From contig OZ336874.1 in assembly GCA_965287045.1 (NCBI GenBank), forward strand, positions 44,206,001 to 44,270,000: 64,000 nt of DNA, written 5' to 3'. Position 1 is the first letter of the stretch. The number at the start of each line of letters is the position of its first letter. The notes under the pieces are model-generated. The model saw only the letters and a program-made list of their open reading frames with translations. It searched no databases and was not told the DNA's origin. Made by a program: the position numbers and the translations under genes. Shown piece by piece: positions 1 to 12,800 of the stretch. The stretch comes from Carcharhinus amblyrhynchos. Lineage: Eukaryota.

Positions 1-332
1 TAATTGAATCACAGATCCCAGATCAAGATGTTACTTTGTGTGCCATTTTAACAAAAAAATTGCTTTTCATTTAGTTACATTGTAACTCAATGATGTTACA
101 CCAACTCTTCAAATTTGTACCTTAAAACAAAAGTCAAAGAGGCAAATACTGATGTCGATTCCTCCTGCCCCATAAATTATGGGGCTATTTTGCCATTAAC
201 ATGCCTTTAATGCCACCATCAGTACCTTTTGTACACTAATACTTTGTGTCCATGACATCTTGATTTATCCCCAACCTATTTTGCTCCATCCTTTTAAAGT
301 ATAAAATCCATCATATTTCTCCAGCTCTTAGC

Positions 333-334
<2 letters not shown>

Positions 335-372
<38 letters not shown>
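335..372. repeat. (GA)n microsatellite
   Basis: Dinucleotide run; a second run lies at about 493-516. Confidence 0.95.
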
Positions 373-375
<3 letters not shown>

Positions 376-486
376 GCGATACCAGCACTGGACTGAGGTG
401 GGCACAGTAAGAAGTCTCAACACCAGGTTCAGAGTCTCCGAAAGCTCAATTCTAAATAAACCCTGTTGGATTTTAACCTGGTGTTG
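373..486. mobile_element. Short palindromic interspersed repeat, copy 1
   Basis: Shares ggactg..cacagtaagaagtctcaacaccaggtt..aacctggtgttg with the copies at about 30215 and 48976. Confidence 0.65.
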
Positions 487-739
487 GCTCCAGAGAGAGA
501 GAGAGAGAGAGAGAGACTCTCAAGCCAAGACTTAACTCTCCACAGAAGCTGCCAGAGCTTTCCCAGCACTTTTTTTTTTATTTGCTTCTAGTATTGGTGA
601 GACTGGCTAAGATTTTTGGCAATATAAGCCTGCAGCATGAAACTTAAAAAAACTACCCAATCTGTAGAAACCTCACTGCTCTTTAGCTGATGTACAACAT
701 TAATGTTGCTTTTTGTTTGTAAAAACAGTACAAGCTTGC

Positions 740-881
740 CTGATAGCTGAATTAACTTGTGATAAATTATTAAATCTCGTGGTCCATTCAGATTAGAGAC
801 CAAAGTTAGCACATGTTGACCAGAGAACTTGTTGGCTTCGTGAATGGCTTCATTCTCCTCATCAATCCAGAAGGCACTATC
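740..881 (-). CDS. VLDLR: Cassette 3, YWTD propeller exon 5
   Basis: [21 protein letters not shown]; 142 nt; donor GCAAGC (GC-AG intron). Confidence 0.88.
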
Positions 882-3800
882 CTGGAACGGAAAGAAAAAG
901 TCTTTAGTTTGTGCTCCACGTTGTGCCAATTTAAAAGAACAATAGATGCAGCCTTTGCAAATTTAGATCAAAATTATTCATTCAGATCTTCAAAAGTAAT
1001 TGAATGCAAATGGTCAGCCTCCAACTATCTAACCCCAACAGAATGGCCAAGGTGCATACACTTGCTAATAAATGCATCCAAGTCAGAATATTGAGAGAGA
1101 GTTAGGAACTACAGGTGGCAATAACTGTATTCATGCCAGTAAAATCTTCCAGAAAGTTTCAGACGTTCTGAATCAGGGTGTTAAGCAATGGCAGCCTTGT
1201 GTACATTCAGGAAAAGGGACTGTCTCAGTAATTTTTCATGTTCTGGAAGAGCAGTGTTTGAAACTGCTCTTATTTTTAGATCAGAATACATGCAACACTG
1301 GTATATTTGGCAGGAGCACTTTTCTGGGCATACGATTCAACACAATAGGGATTCTGAAATGTGATATCAAAACAGTACAGTGCGTCTGGCTATAAAAACC
1401 CTAATTTCAACACTTCCATCTCACCTGAAATATTGAGACAGCAAGTGGACGAGTAAGGAATTCTTGTGACTGCAGCACTGTTCTTCTATCCCGCCCATTT
1501 AGATCTACGCTGGATAACGTGTGCAACTTAGAGTCAACCCAATAGAGATGGCTTTTCACCAGATCTGGAGGCAAAGAAAGCATGGTCAGATTTCAGAAGG
1601 CAAAAAGCAGGTTTCAACAAATTATAAGTGTCATTAACTAACCGAGAGCAATGCCACTTGGCCATTGAATCTCATTGGCAACAAGGATTTGTCGATTCAC
1701 ACCATTCATTCCAGATTTTTCTATCTTTGCTGGTTCACCACAGTCTGACCAGTAAACAAACCTAATTAAAAAACAAAGGGAAGTCAAATGAATGGACTGC
1801 ACAGTATAAATTAAACCATTATTGTTGCATATATTTAGGAAAATAGCTGGCCATCTAAATTTTGCAAAGCAATACCTCAAATTGACACTTGTGTTAGAAA
1901 GATCAGTTGAGCTTGCAAATCACATGCAGCGAGATAAGCATTAACCTATATTCAATTAGATCCATGGCTATTGAATCATTTTAGCATGATCATCATTTGA
2001 GACAGTGTATACAGCCTTCTACTGAAGTCAACATTCCCTCTAATTACAGCATGTACTTCCTATTTCCACGTGTTCATTTTCAATTCTACAATCACTTGAT
2101 TTTCAGCATGCATGATGGCTGAAGGGCAATTTGTACTCAGTTTGTTGGGATAAACTCAGACCCCAAATTAAAGTTTCAGAACTTAAACAAAAAAACTACT
2201 AAAATTACAGAAGTTAGAACTACTGTACCCAGATAGTGGATCAACTTCAATGGCACCTGGCTCCTTTAAGTCTGTGTCAAACAAGATAGACCTTTTGGCT
2301 CCATCAAATGTTGCAATGGATATAGTTTTAGTACCACGATCAGTCCAGTAGAGATGCTTGTAAACCCAATCGACAGCAATTCCTGCAGGGATTTCTACAT
2401 CTTTGACCACTATGGAATGGCCAGTTCTGTCTTCCCACTTATTCAGAGACATGCTAAAACAGGGTGAACAGTCAGGTTAGCTCGCACATTTCACTTTAAC
2501 ACAGTTCACTTCTCCAAAAGAAAATTAACAGCCTTAATTCAATATACGAAAATTAAACAGTTAGTGGTATTAGATTCAATTTGCAGTGCCAAACAAAAAG
2601 CAAATAAGTTGTCACAAAATGTCTAGTGTCCTGGATTAGAAGTTAAGCTGAAGTTTTACTCATCTAAATTTAAAACTTAAATTCTACATAAATAGCATGC
2701 AGGTTTTAGCATCAAGCTAGGATTTATGCACAATACTTCATTACCTGAAAATTGCCTGCTGGCTCAAGTCAGCCCAGAAGATTCTCTGTTCTGCAATATC
2801 TGCATCCAGTGCTACAGCATTTCTCAGCTGTACAGCTACCTGGGTGTACTCACGATGATGTAGTCCTAGCTTGCGGATGTCATGGCGATTTGCGAAGATC
2901 AAATAAGGCTCTTTTCCTATGTATATTAATAACTTTAAGAACCAGCTTGAAGAGCCAAAATGCAATTCAAAGACATTGACATTTAGAAGTAGTAAGTGCC
3001 AATAACTTGTACATAGTTGCAATAAATTTTCAACTACACACCAGAAATGCTATTCCCACTGTTTGAACTATACAGCTATATTGTTGAAGTGTGGCTGATT
3101 CCAAAAGGATCAAAAAAGGTAACATTCAACAAAATATGATATTCTTGAAAATTGGCTATGGGGATGGAAGCTTTAAATGCAAATTTAAGAAAGCTTATCA
3201 TTTAATTTGCTAAATCTTCAGTTTACTTACCAACTGCTTTGCATGTGCCAGTCACTGGTTCCATGTGATATCCTTGGTGACATTCACACTTGTAGCTCCC
3301 TTCTAAATTGATACAAATTTGACTACAGGTTTCAGGAGTTTGACATTCATCAATGTCTGGGGAAAAAAAATAAAATTTTGTATCATTCAAGGTGACCATT
3401 TTCCATTAGCCTGTTTTATGATTCTACTTACCTACACAGGCCTTTGTGGTGGACAGTTGAAAACCTGAGGGACATTCACATTTGTAACCGATAACAAGAT
3501 CGGTGCAGGTGTGAGAGCAGCCTCCATTGTTCACTAAACATTCGTTCACACCTACAAAGACAGTAAAATCCAGATGTCAGACCACCACTTTTCTAGAGTG
3601 TCTCCAGTACCAGCAGAATCATACTCCACAGCATCTTCCAAACTGTATCTGAATCAATTTGCTAATATCTTCAAACTGGAGGACTATACAAAACTGGATA
3701 CAAGTGCAAATTTTAAATAGGCATTATTAATAATACAATGTGCAGCTGTAATGCAAGGCAAGGCAAGATATTTACAACAGGAGTTTGCAATGATCAATGT

Positions 3801-6800
3801 GGTTAAGAATTGTTGTAATTCAATACTAAGAGTTTGAATAATACTCAATACTTGAGCAATTAATATTCTATCACAGCTAGAATTGAGACTGATGTCAACC
3901 ACAAAATTGTTCTGCCATCCTGCATGCCTGAAGCTCTGAAACAGAATTCAAGCAAATGCCCAAAAGTTAATCCAGGAGCAGAAGGATATTCTGAGCCATG
4001 GAAATTGAACAGTCTAAGATGAATGGTCAAAATTGAAAGCTGCCTAGAAGAATTAGCAAGCTGGAGTTTGAGAGATGTATCATGGCATTTAATTTACATT
4101 ATATATGGGCAGCACAGCAGCCAGCATTGCTATTTCACAGCGCCAGGGACCTGAGTTCAATTTGTAGCTTGGGTTACTGTATGTGGAGTTTGCACATTGT
4201 CAGCGTGGGGGTGTACTAGTATCTCCCGCCCATTCTGAAAGACGTACTTGTTAAGTGCATTGACCTGAACAGGCACTGGACTTTGCAGTGAAGATTTTGT
4301 GAAATTCCCCTAGACACCAATGTTAATTTAAGCCTTACATGTAACTAAAATAACCTTTAACAAGCCACAACTATCTAGCAGAAGTGATATAAAATGGCTA
4401 AATAGGGAAGAATGCAATTAGGTCTGTGGTCAATGAATAAATTCAAAAAGGATAAACACTCAAAACTCGTGGATTTAACATACAAATTGAGGTGGCCACA
4501 TAGCTTCTCGATCCTCATGAGGAAAAAAGCCTCCCTCAAATACTAGAGAGCCAATGGACCCAAAAAAGATTGGATGTGAAAATCATATGGGAGACAACAG
4601 GACTGAAAGTCAATAAATCCCCTGGACTTGATCTACATTCCAAAATGCCAAAAAAAGTTGGCTACATTAGTGCTCTAGAATAATTTAGAGATTGGAAGGC
4701 AGCAAATGTAATCCCACTATAAAAAGGTGGGGTAAAATACAGAAAGATAATCTGACTTGGGGAAATGCCAAAATCTATTAAAGGATATATTAAAAATAGA
4801 TACAACAACAAGACACTTGATTAGTCAAAAGGGAAAGATTCAATTAACTGGGTCAGAATGCAACTAGCAGAACAGATGAGAGAAGTGGACATTTGCAAAT
4901 ATGGATTTTGAGGCACTTTGGCACAGGGGCCACACAGGAAATTAGCAAATAAACATTGGGGGGCGGGGGAAAGAGGGGAAAGTAGTGGCAGGTAGATAAT
5001 GTACTGGCATGGATGAGGACATTTAAAAACAAAAGTGGAAATAAGCCACAAAAGAGGTTGACACTGACTAGTGGAATGCTGCAATCATTACTTGGGGCCA
5101 ACTATTCACAAAAAAAAAATCAAATTTATGTGGGAAGTGCCAGTTTAAGCTTCAAAATGAAATTAGATCTTTTACACCATTAGAACTTGGGGAGGGCCAT
5201 CTGTTTTGTGGGTACAGAGATCCCATGGCACTATTCCAGAGCAAAATCCTACTGTCAGGACTGATACTTATCCCCCAGGATTTTGATCATTGTCACGTCA
5301 CAGCTAAGTTATACAAAGCTCTTTAACAGCAACATTTCTACATCACAGTGATTGCACATTTGACAGTTAAAGAACTTGCAAGATTTTGAATTCAAAAGGG
5401 AAGGAACATGGTCTACATCACAAGACAAAATTTTAATGAGTTAGCAGCATCAGATTCATTAAATATGAAGCCAATCATGCCTATAGTTTAAACTTACGGC
5501 ATCCTTTAGGGGGTTCGTCACTCTTATCCATGCAGTCTGGATGGTGATTACACACTAGAGACACATTGATGCATTCCCCACTTTGACATCTGAAATCATC
5601 AAGTCCTGTACATTCTAATTGTAGAAGAGAACAAAGTAAATACTCTGAAATGACCCAAAACATTTGAAGTTATTTTGGCAAATTACAAACCTACCATTTT
5701 TGCAGACAGCTTCATCGCTGCCATTAGCACAGTCCCAAATTCCATTACATATTTTATTACCAGGGATACAGGCACCATCACCACATTTGAAATAACCTGG
5801 ATTACATTTGCGAGGAGCTGAAATCAAAGATGGCCACCAAAAGTTTAATTCATAGCACTGGAATATTTAAACTTGTTATAAATATACTTGCAATGTTGAA
5901 GCTTCACTTGAAATTGCATTGCTGTTCCAAAATATTCAACTTGGCATTGACAATATCACATTTAAAAACAATAAGCATGTGACAAGCTTAGTGGACACAA
6001 GCAGTTCTGGATTGTCCTCAATCGTGACACATACAGAACTTTTAACAGGGGGCAACATAGTGGCAGTGGTTAACACTGCTGCCTCAGCATCAGGGACCAC
6101 GGTTTGCTTCCTGGCTTAGGTCATTGGAGTTTGCACATTCTTCCCATGTCTGAAAGATGTGCAGCTTAGGTGCATTGGTCATGCTAAATTCTCCTGGAGT
6201 GTATCCAAACAGGCACCAGACTGTGGCGACTTGGGGATTTTCACAGTAACTTCATTGCAGTGTTAATGTAAGCCTATTTATCAGGAACAAATTTTAAGCA
6301 GCAGTGAAGTATTGGGTGCCTTTTAAACCTGTTCTGATGACAAAGGATCCTAAAAATGTAGAATATTCATTTGAAACATCCCTAGTGTAAATTAGAGGGC
6401 TCATCACAACTGAAATTTATATAAGAGGTGCATAGCATAAAAACAAATTACTTACGACAATTAACTTCATCACTCCCATCTTTACAGTCTACATCACCAT
6501 CACAGCGCCATTTACTGTGAATGCATTCACCAGAATCACATGGAACATCACCAGGTGCACAAGTCACAGGAGGAAGACTGATGTGTCCACAGCGGTCTGG
6601 AGATTCATCAGACTGATCAGCACAATCTGCATTGCTGTCGCACACCCAATCCAAGGGAATGCACTGAGAATTATTGCACTGGAACTCATGTGGGTGACAA
6701 ATAGATGGCACACAGTCCCTTTCATCACTTCCATCACTGCAGTCATCTTCCCCATTGCAGAGAAATGCTCTGGAAACACAATTGCCACTGGAGCAGGTAA

Positions 6801-9800
6801 ACTCCCTGGGACTACAAGTAAGGTTGCCTGAAAAATATTTTATTCATAGTGTAGTTTAATGTTTATCACTCATCCCATAATGCATCCAAAAATTCTCCAT
6901 GAATTCAAAAGCAAAATATCAGAATGTCAGCAGGTCTGCGCTTCTCTCCAGAGAGAATGTTTCAGTTGTGACATTTCACCAGTTCTGACTGGAACTGTTT
7001 CTTCAGAAGCTGCCAGACCAGGAGGATTCTCCAGTGGTAGAAGAACACCATCAACCAAAGATGGATTTAGCCCAAGTAAAAAAAATTGCTCCTATTTCAG
7101 ATAATGAATTATTTCAACCAACAGGCGCTGCTTTTCCAAGAGGATCTGACAGCAGTAGATATTAGATTAGTTTGACGTGTTTACCTGCAAAGGTCTGAGC
7201 ATTTGACAAAAGTGACTAGCATCAAAATTTACCAACTGTAACTTCTAAGATTAGTATTTTCATTGCCAGTACCGAGCAATAGCCTGGGCTACAATTAAAT
7301 TGAGTTCTTCAAGCCTACCTTCAATTAAAATTCAAACCATATCAACTGACATTGGCCATGCTAAATTCTCCCTCAGTGGTGCCTGTTCAGATAGAGTGTA
7401 GTGGCTAGGCAATTTTCACAGCAACTTCATTGCATTCTCTTTCCCATCTTCCCTGGACTATTTGACTGCTTGCAAACCATGTTTAAATCTTGCCATTATT
7501 AACCTACCACAGTTCTCTTCATCACTGCCACTTGCACAGTCCTTTTCTCCATCACATTTCCAATTTGCAGGAATACACTGAAGAGATCCAGGGCCACAGC
7601 TGATTTCATTCATATGACAGGTTCTGGTGTCTGAAATAGAAGGTTTTAAAATAAACAGCTATTCCAGAATCTCATTTCTCAAACAGATTAAGAACTACAG
7701 TAAAAAGGATTTGCTCCAAGGTAGTCAAAGACATCACATTTGAGTATGCAGAAGCATGTATAGACCCAGACTTGTGCTAGAGTGCAACATATCCATCCAT
7801 TTATACCACAACTAACTTTGGTCATGCAACATTAAAACTTTAGGCCAGCACCATGGCTGTGGATTTGCTAATAGTTAAAAATAGGCAGTGAATCAGTGAG
7901 CATTTTATATGCTGTCCAGTTTCAGCTCTTGATTCCCCATTACCACCTTTTTTCACCTGATCTAGTGAGGTAACTTACAAACAAAATAAATTTTAATGTT
8001 TGCATCCATCTTTCTGCCCATTAAATTACAAGTGTGTGAACAATTCAACTGTTTGACCAAGAAGAGTTAGGAGTCCAATAGGTAAAATTCAGTGCAGCCA
8101 ACAGATTTTTCATTGTACTGCAGATGGCACTTTAATAACTTGATCTGCTAATCTCTTATGAAAGTCCCAGTCAAATGCAATGTATAGAAAGGAAACTAGT
8201 TGTGGAAGCTGTACTAGTATTTTTTGCTTAAGAAAGAGATTGACTGTTGCAGTTGAACTGCCAACACAAGATATTTAGAACAGGCATCTGGGGCTTCATC
8301 AGATCCATCTTTGCAGTCAGCATCTCCATCACACTGCCACTTACTAGGCATTGTCCATCATGACAAGTCAGATTCTTGACATGGAGCATTAATTGTCAGG
8401 GAAAATAAGACTACAGTCTTTGACTACTGCTAATTCAAGACACACGGCCAAGTTGAACATTTAGTATGCAAGAACCCTCACCCCTCCATTTAGCCATTAT
8501 GCTGAATGGCAGCCAGCGGAGTCTAAGTGAAGAGTCAGTTATTTCCTTAGTGTGCCCTGGAAAAATTCATTCAAAAAAAAAAGGGTCATGAACATGTCCA
8601 GTCATGATGTCTTTAAGTACCAGGCAAATTGGTGAAACTGCTACAGATTGTGATGACAAGGATGGGTAAATACTGATGAACTAAATTGCTCCCAGTGGGT
8701 TAGCTGTTAAGATTGCAGCAATTTGGGCTGGATTACATAAAGCCTGAACTTCAAATGATTTGTCACATGATCTTATTGTCTAAAGAGCTCTTGCTGACTT
8801 ATACTGGCTTTGACCAATACAAAGCACTCCACCCACTTCCAGGTTGGCACAATGTACAACTCACTCCAATTCTGTAACTGTGGGATTCCAGGTCCATCTA
8901 TTTTCACTTTTCTTAACATAGTGCTCCCAGAATACTTTATTGGGCATCCTTTTTCACATTTCCTCTTCATACTATCCCCTCTCTCAAAAAAAAATCCTTT
9001 GGGGAAAACTTGTAGACAAGGGGAAGCAGTACACAAAAGAGCATTTATTATTTGCTTAATATGCATTTTTACTCTAAATATGACTTGCATATCAGATCTA
9101 TTTGAAGCCTCCTATATGTCCAACTATTCAGATAGACAGACTTCATCACCCCACTTGAACTTAGCTATTGGATCAACTACCAGCAGCATCCAAAAGCAAA
9201 TACCACAAAAAAAACACTACTGGAACTAATGCACAAAAGGAGGCACAATGCAAGTATAATGACATTCCAACTATGGCTTTATGCAGATTAGTGATTGATA
9301 GTGTGTAGTCAGATTGCTGCATGCAATCTCAAGGCCTTGGGTAATTTTTCTATCCTTCATGCAAAGGTGATTGCCTAGTCTATGATTTTACAAAATAGAT
9401 CAAAATCTTCAATCACAGTCTAAACATGTTACATTCTCACTTATAGCAAAGTCTCACCTCCCCTCCCCCCCAACCCCTGAACAAACCTCAAAACCAATAT
9501 TTACCAAATTCGCAGTGTTCATTCTTCATCTTGATTCCAGATGGACACACGCAAGTATATTTTGGCAGCTGATTAATCTGTGGGCCAGGGAGACACAGGT
9601 ATTCACAGCCTCCGTTTTTCAACTTCTCATTGCACCAGTTTATGCCTGTTGAAACCAAATAAATTTGTCAGTACTGGAAACAAATCAAGGCCAGTGGCCC
9701 AAGATCAAATGAAAACCCAAACTTACTATTTGAAACATTCAAAATTTCACAGTAGTCATTGTGCATTGAGATCATGGACTTGAGCACAAACAAAATATCC

Positions 9801-12800
9801 AGTGACTAATCCAAATGTGGACAAAATGATTGCTGTGGAAGGCAAAGATATTCATACTATATCTATAGATAGAACTATTACTGTTCTATAACAAAGTGGA
9901 ATTTACTGACCTCCAACTATTGGAAATCCACATGCTAGCAGTTAGGCACATCTACCCTACAGAGTAATGCAAAGCCAATAACATTAAAAGTAGATGTTTG
10001 ATTTCCTACCTGATGGCTGCATTAAAGTGTGGTAAATAATGATATCTTGAGGTTGATGAAGATTGGAAACCAAAGCCGTCACATCTGCTCCTGTATACTT
10101 GTTGGCTGCATAAATGGTTTTGCTTACTTCATCAGACCAGAATACATGATCCTGAAACAATGGGAACACAATTTATCAGGAAATAACTTGGCATTCTTTG
10201 CAAGATGTCTTGTGCCTACTACAATAAAAAGTCCTGAAGACAAAGTGGCTCATTAGTTGAGATAACAAAAACAAATTTGAGTTACACATCTCTGGTATTC
10301 TCTCATATCTCTTGCTTATATGTAGGCCATAAATCCCATCTCTCCTCTCCCCACGAGGAGCCTGGCTAGCAGAGTGCTACCAATCTTTCAACCCTGTCCA
10401 TCTCTACCTGAGATGGTTCAACGTACTGAAACTTATACTTCAAAGCTACAGATACTAAATCATTCATTCTGATCCACTGTTCAGTCCTTTAGGAAAATTC
10501 TCCTATTGTCAACATTTCACCACCCATATTTTGGATAATCAGAAACACTGCGACTAAACCACTGGTCAGCCATAGTAAAAAGTACACCTTAATTGAATTG
10601 TGCCCAATTGGAGCATGGCTTTAGATAATAAAGCAAAGTGTGTGCCACTCAGCTCGCAATCAAGAATAGATCAGTCTCAGTACAAAGGTGAAAGTCAAAC
10701 TCAATTTTGGCTCCAGCCTCAATTCATAATTTTCTTTTCAATTGTAGGTGCTACAACCCTAGGACTATCAAATTTTTTTTTTTTAAAAAAAAGTGTTGAA
10801 AACAGAAGCTCCAAGCACTTGGCAAATTAACAAAAAAATTAAGCCATTGACAAAACATTACACAATTAGATTACATCATAAAGCTGTCAGTTAGACAGTC
10901 TTCTCCTCCCACATTTTGCAACAGTCTGGGTTCTCAGCCAGCAGTCAGGGTACAGGCTCCTACTGGCACCCTTAACCAGGCCACAAAAATTAGGGGCTCT
11001 TGGGAATGGACCAAAAATATAGAACATGCAGAATACCACTGGGGCATTGTCTTTTGGTTTAAGGCAGCATGGCAAGGAATTACTCTTGCTTGGGTACATA
11101 TTGAACAGCTTGCTAATTATTTTAGCCCAGGATAAAATTTTCCAAATATGACTGGGTTGTGATAACCACATGAGATTCAGACAAACGTGCTCTCAAGAAG
11201 TAATGATTCAAAATAAATCGCTGAATTGTAGATATCCTCAAAAACCCAACTGTGCACTCAAAGCAAAATATAGCTATTGTTAAATGACATTACCTCAAAT
11301 ACTGAAACAGCACAAGGATGAGCAAGGAATTCATGTGAATAAAGGACTGTTCTTCTGCCTTGTCCATTTAAGTCTACACTGGACAACATGTGCAGTTTTG
11401 AGTCAACCCAATAGAGTTGGTTCTTCACAAGATCTGTGAAAAAAATTGGAATTATTAACCAAGCTCAATAAAAAAAGAAAAAGGGAAAATTTACTTGCCC
11501 ACTTACCAAGTGCAATACCATTTGGTGACTGAATCTCTCTGGTAACCAGAAGTTGCCTATGGACACCATTCATTCCTGCTTTTTCTATCACAGCTGGTTC
11601 ACCCAGATCAGACCAGTAAATAAATCTTTGAAAAGCAATGGAGACTGGATTAGTCAAAAGGCCATCAAGAGGAATCTCAACACAAATGGATTTTAAATAC
11701 TCTAGCATAGAAGTATAAACTGAAGGTTCTATGAACCCCCCTAGAGATCAAATCAAGTGAATTTGCCAACCTAACCCAGATAGGGTTTTAACTAGAACAG
11801 ACAGACAATTCCATCATTAGAAATCTCAATTAGTAGATACAAGGATCTTGTCAGGCAAAGTGGCAGCAATTTCAGCCATAAAAAAATCTAAGACAATTCC
11901 AGCTCCATTTAATCAATGAATCATTCTCATCCAATAGTAGCTCCTACTCAAACCACATGTATTCATCTAGAACCTTCTCAGGCTTACTATTGGATTTTGC
12001 TGCATGGATCCACTAGAATCCCCTGTATCTGAATATTTAATAATTGTCTAGCACCCTGTATGGTCAATTCTGGTCACTCAAATTTAAAAAAGTTAGCTCA
12101 AACAGTGGCAGCAACTTTGTATTTGCTTAGGGGCTACTCCTAGACCCAGCCTTGGTATTTATTCTCCTCCTTCAAAGTCACCACCCACCCACACAACCTG
12201 GTCACTAGGGCTCACTGCATCACTCAAACTCCAGAAAATTAGATTATTAGAGAATTGAACACTCAGGCATCCAATGCTAGTACCAAGGCTAGTTTGGTTG
12301 GTTTCAATAACTTCCAAAGCATAACAGAAAAACACACCTTTTACTTAAGGCACATTTTGCAACTCCTACTTCAGCTGGTCTGGGTTTTGGGGAAAAAAAG
12401 CACTCCCACCAGTGAATGGTCATCCAATAATTGTTCCCCCACCCCCCACAAAGACAGCTCAAACTTCACTGATGACTGCTACACTTTTCCCCCCCTTCAT
12501 TGAAGGAACAAGGTTATTGTTCCCTCCTCTATTGTCAAGTTTTGATCAATGAGAGGTTACCTGAAGAAATAACAATAACAATTCAAAACTGGAGAGAATT
12601 ATCCAGCTGATCCAAGCACTATTGTTTTTTGCATATAAAGCACTCACACCCCTAGTTTTTCCACAAGAGATTAGCCTATTTCACACCCAATTCACTCGCC
12701 ATCCCAAGACAAACCCAGAGATTTGAACATTATAGAAGTATTTTACAAGTGCCAAGTGGCTTCAGTGGCAGGTAAAAAAATTCAGTACCCAGTTAGTGGA

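Noticed and set aside
8773-9229. Overlapping 105/139-aa ORFs near the cassette 2-3 junction as a hidden TM exon
   Set aside because: No convincing TM segment with splice sites or NPxY tail; they look like chance ORFs in intronic DNA
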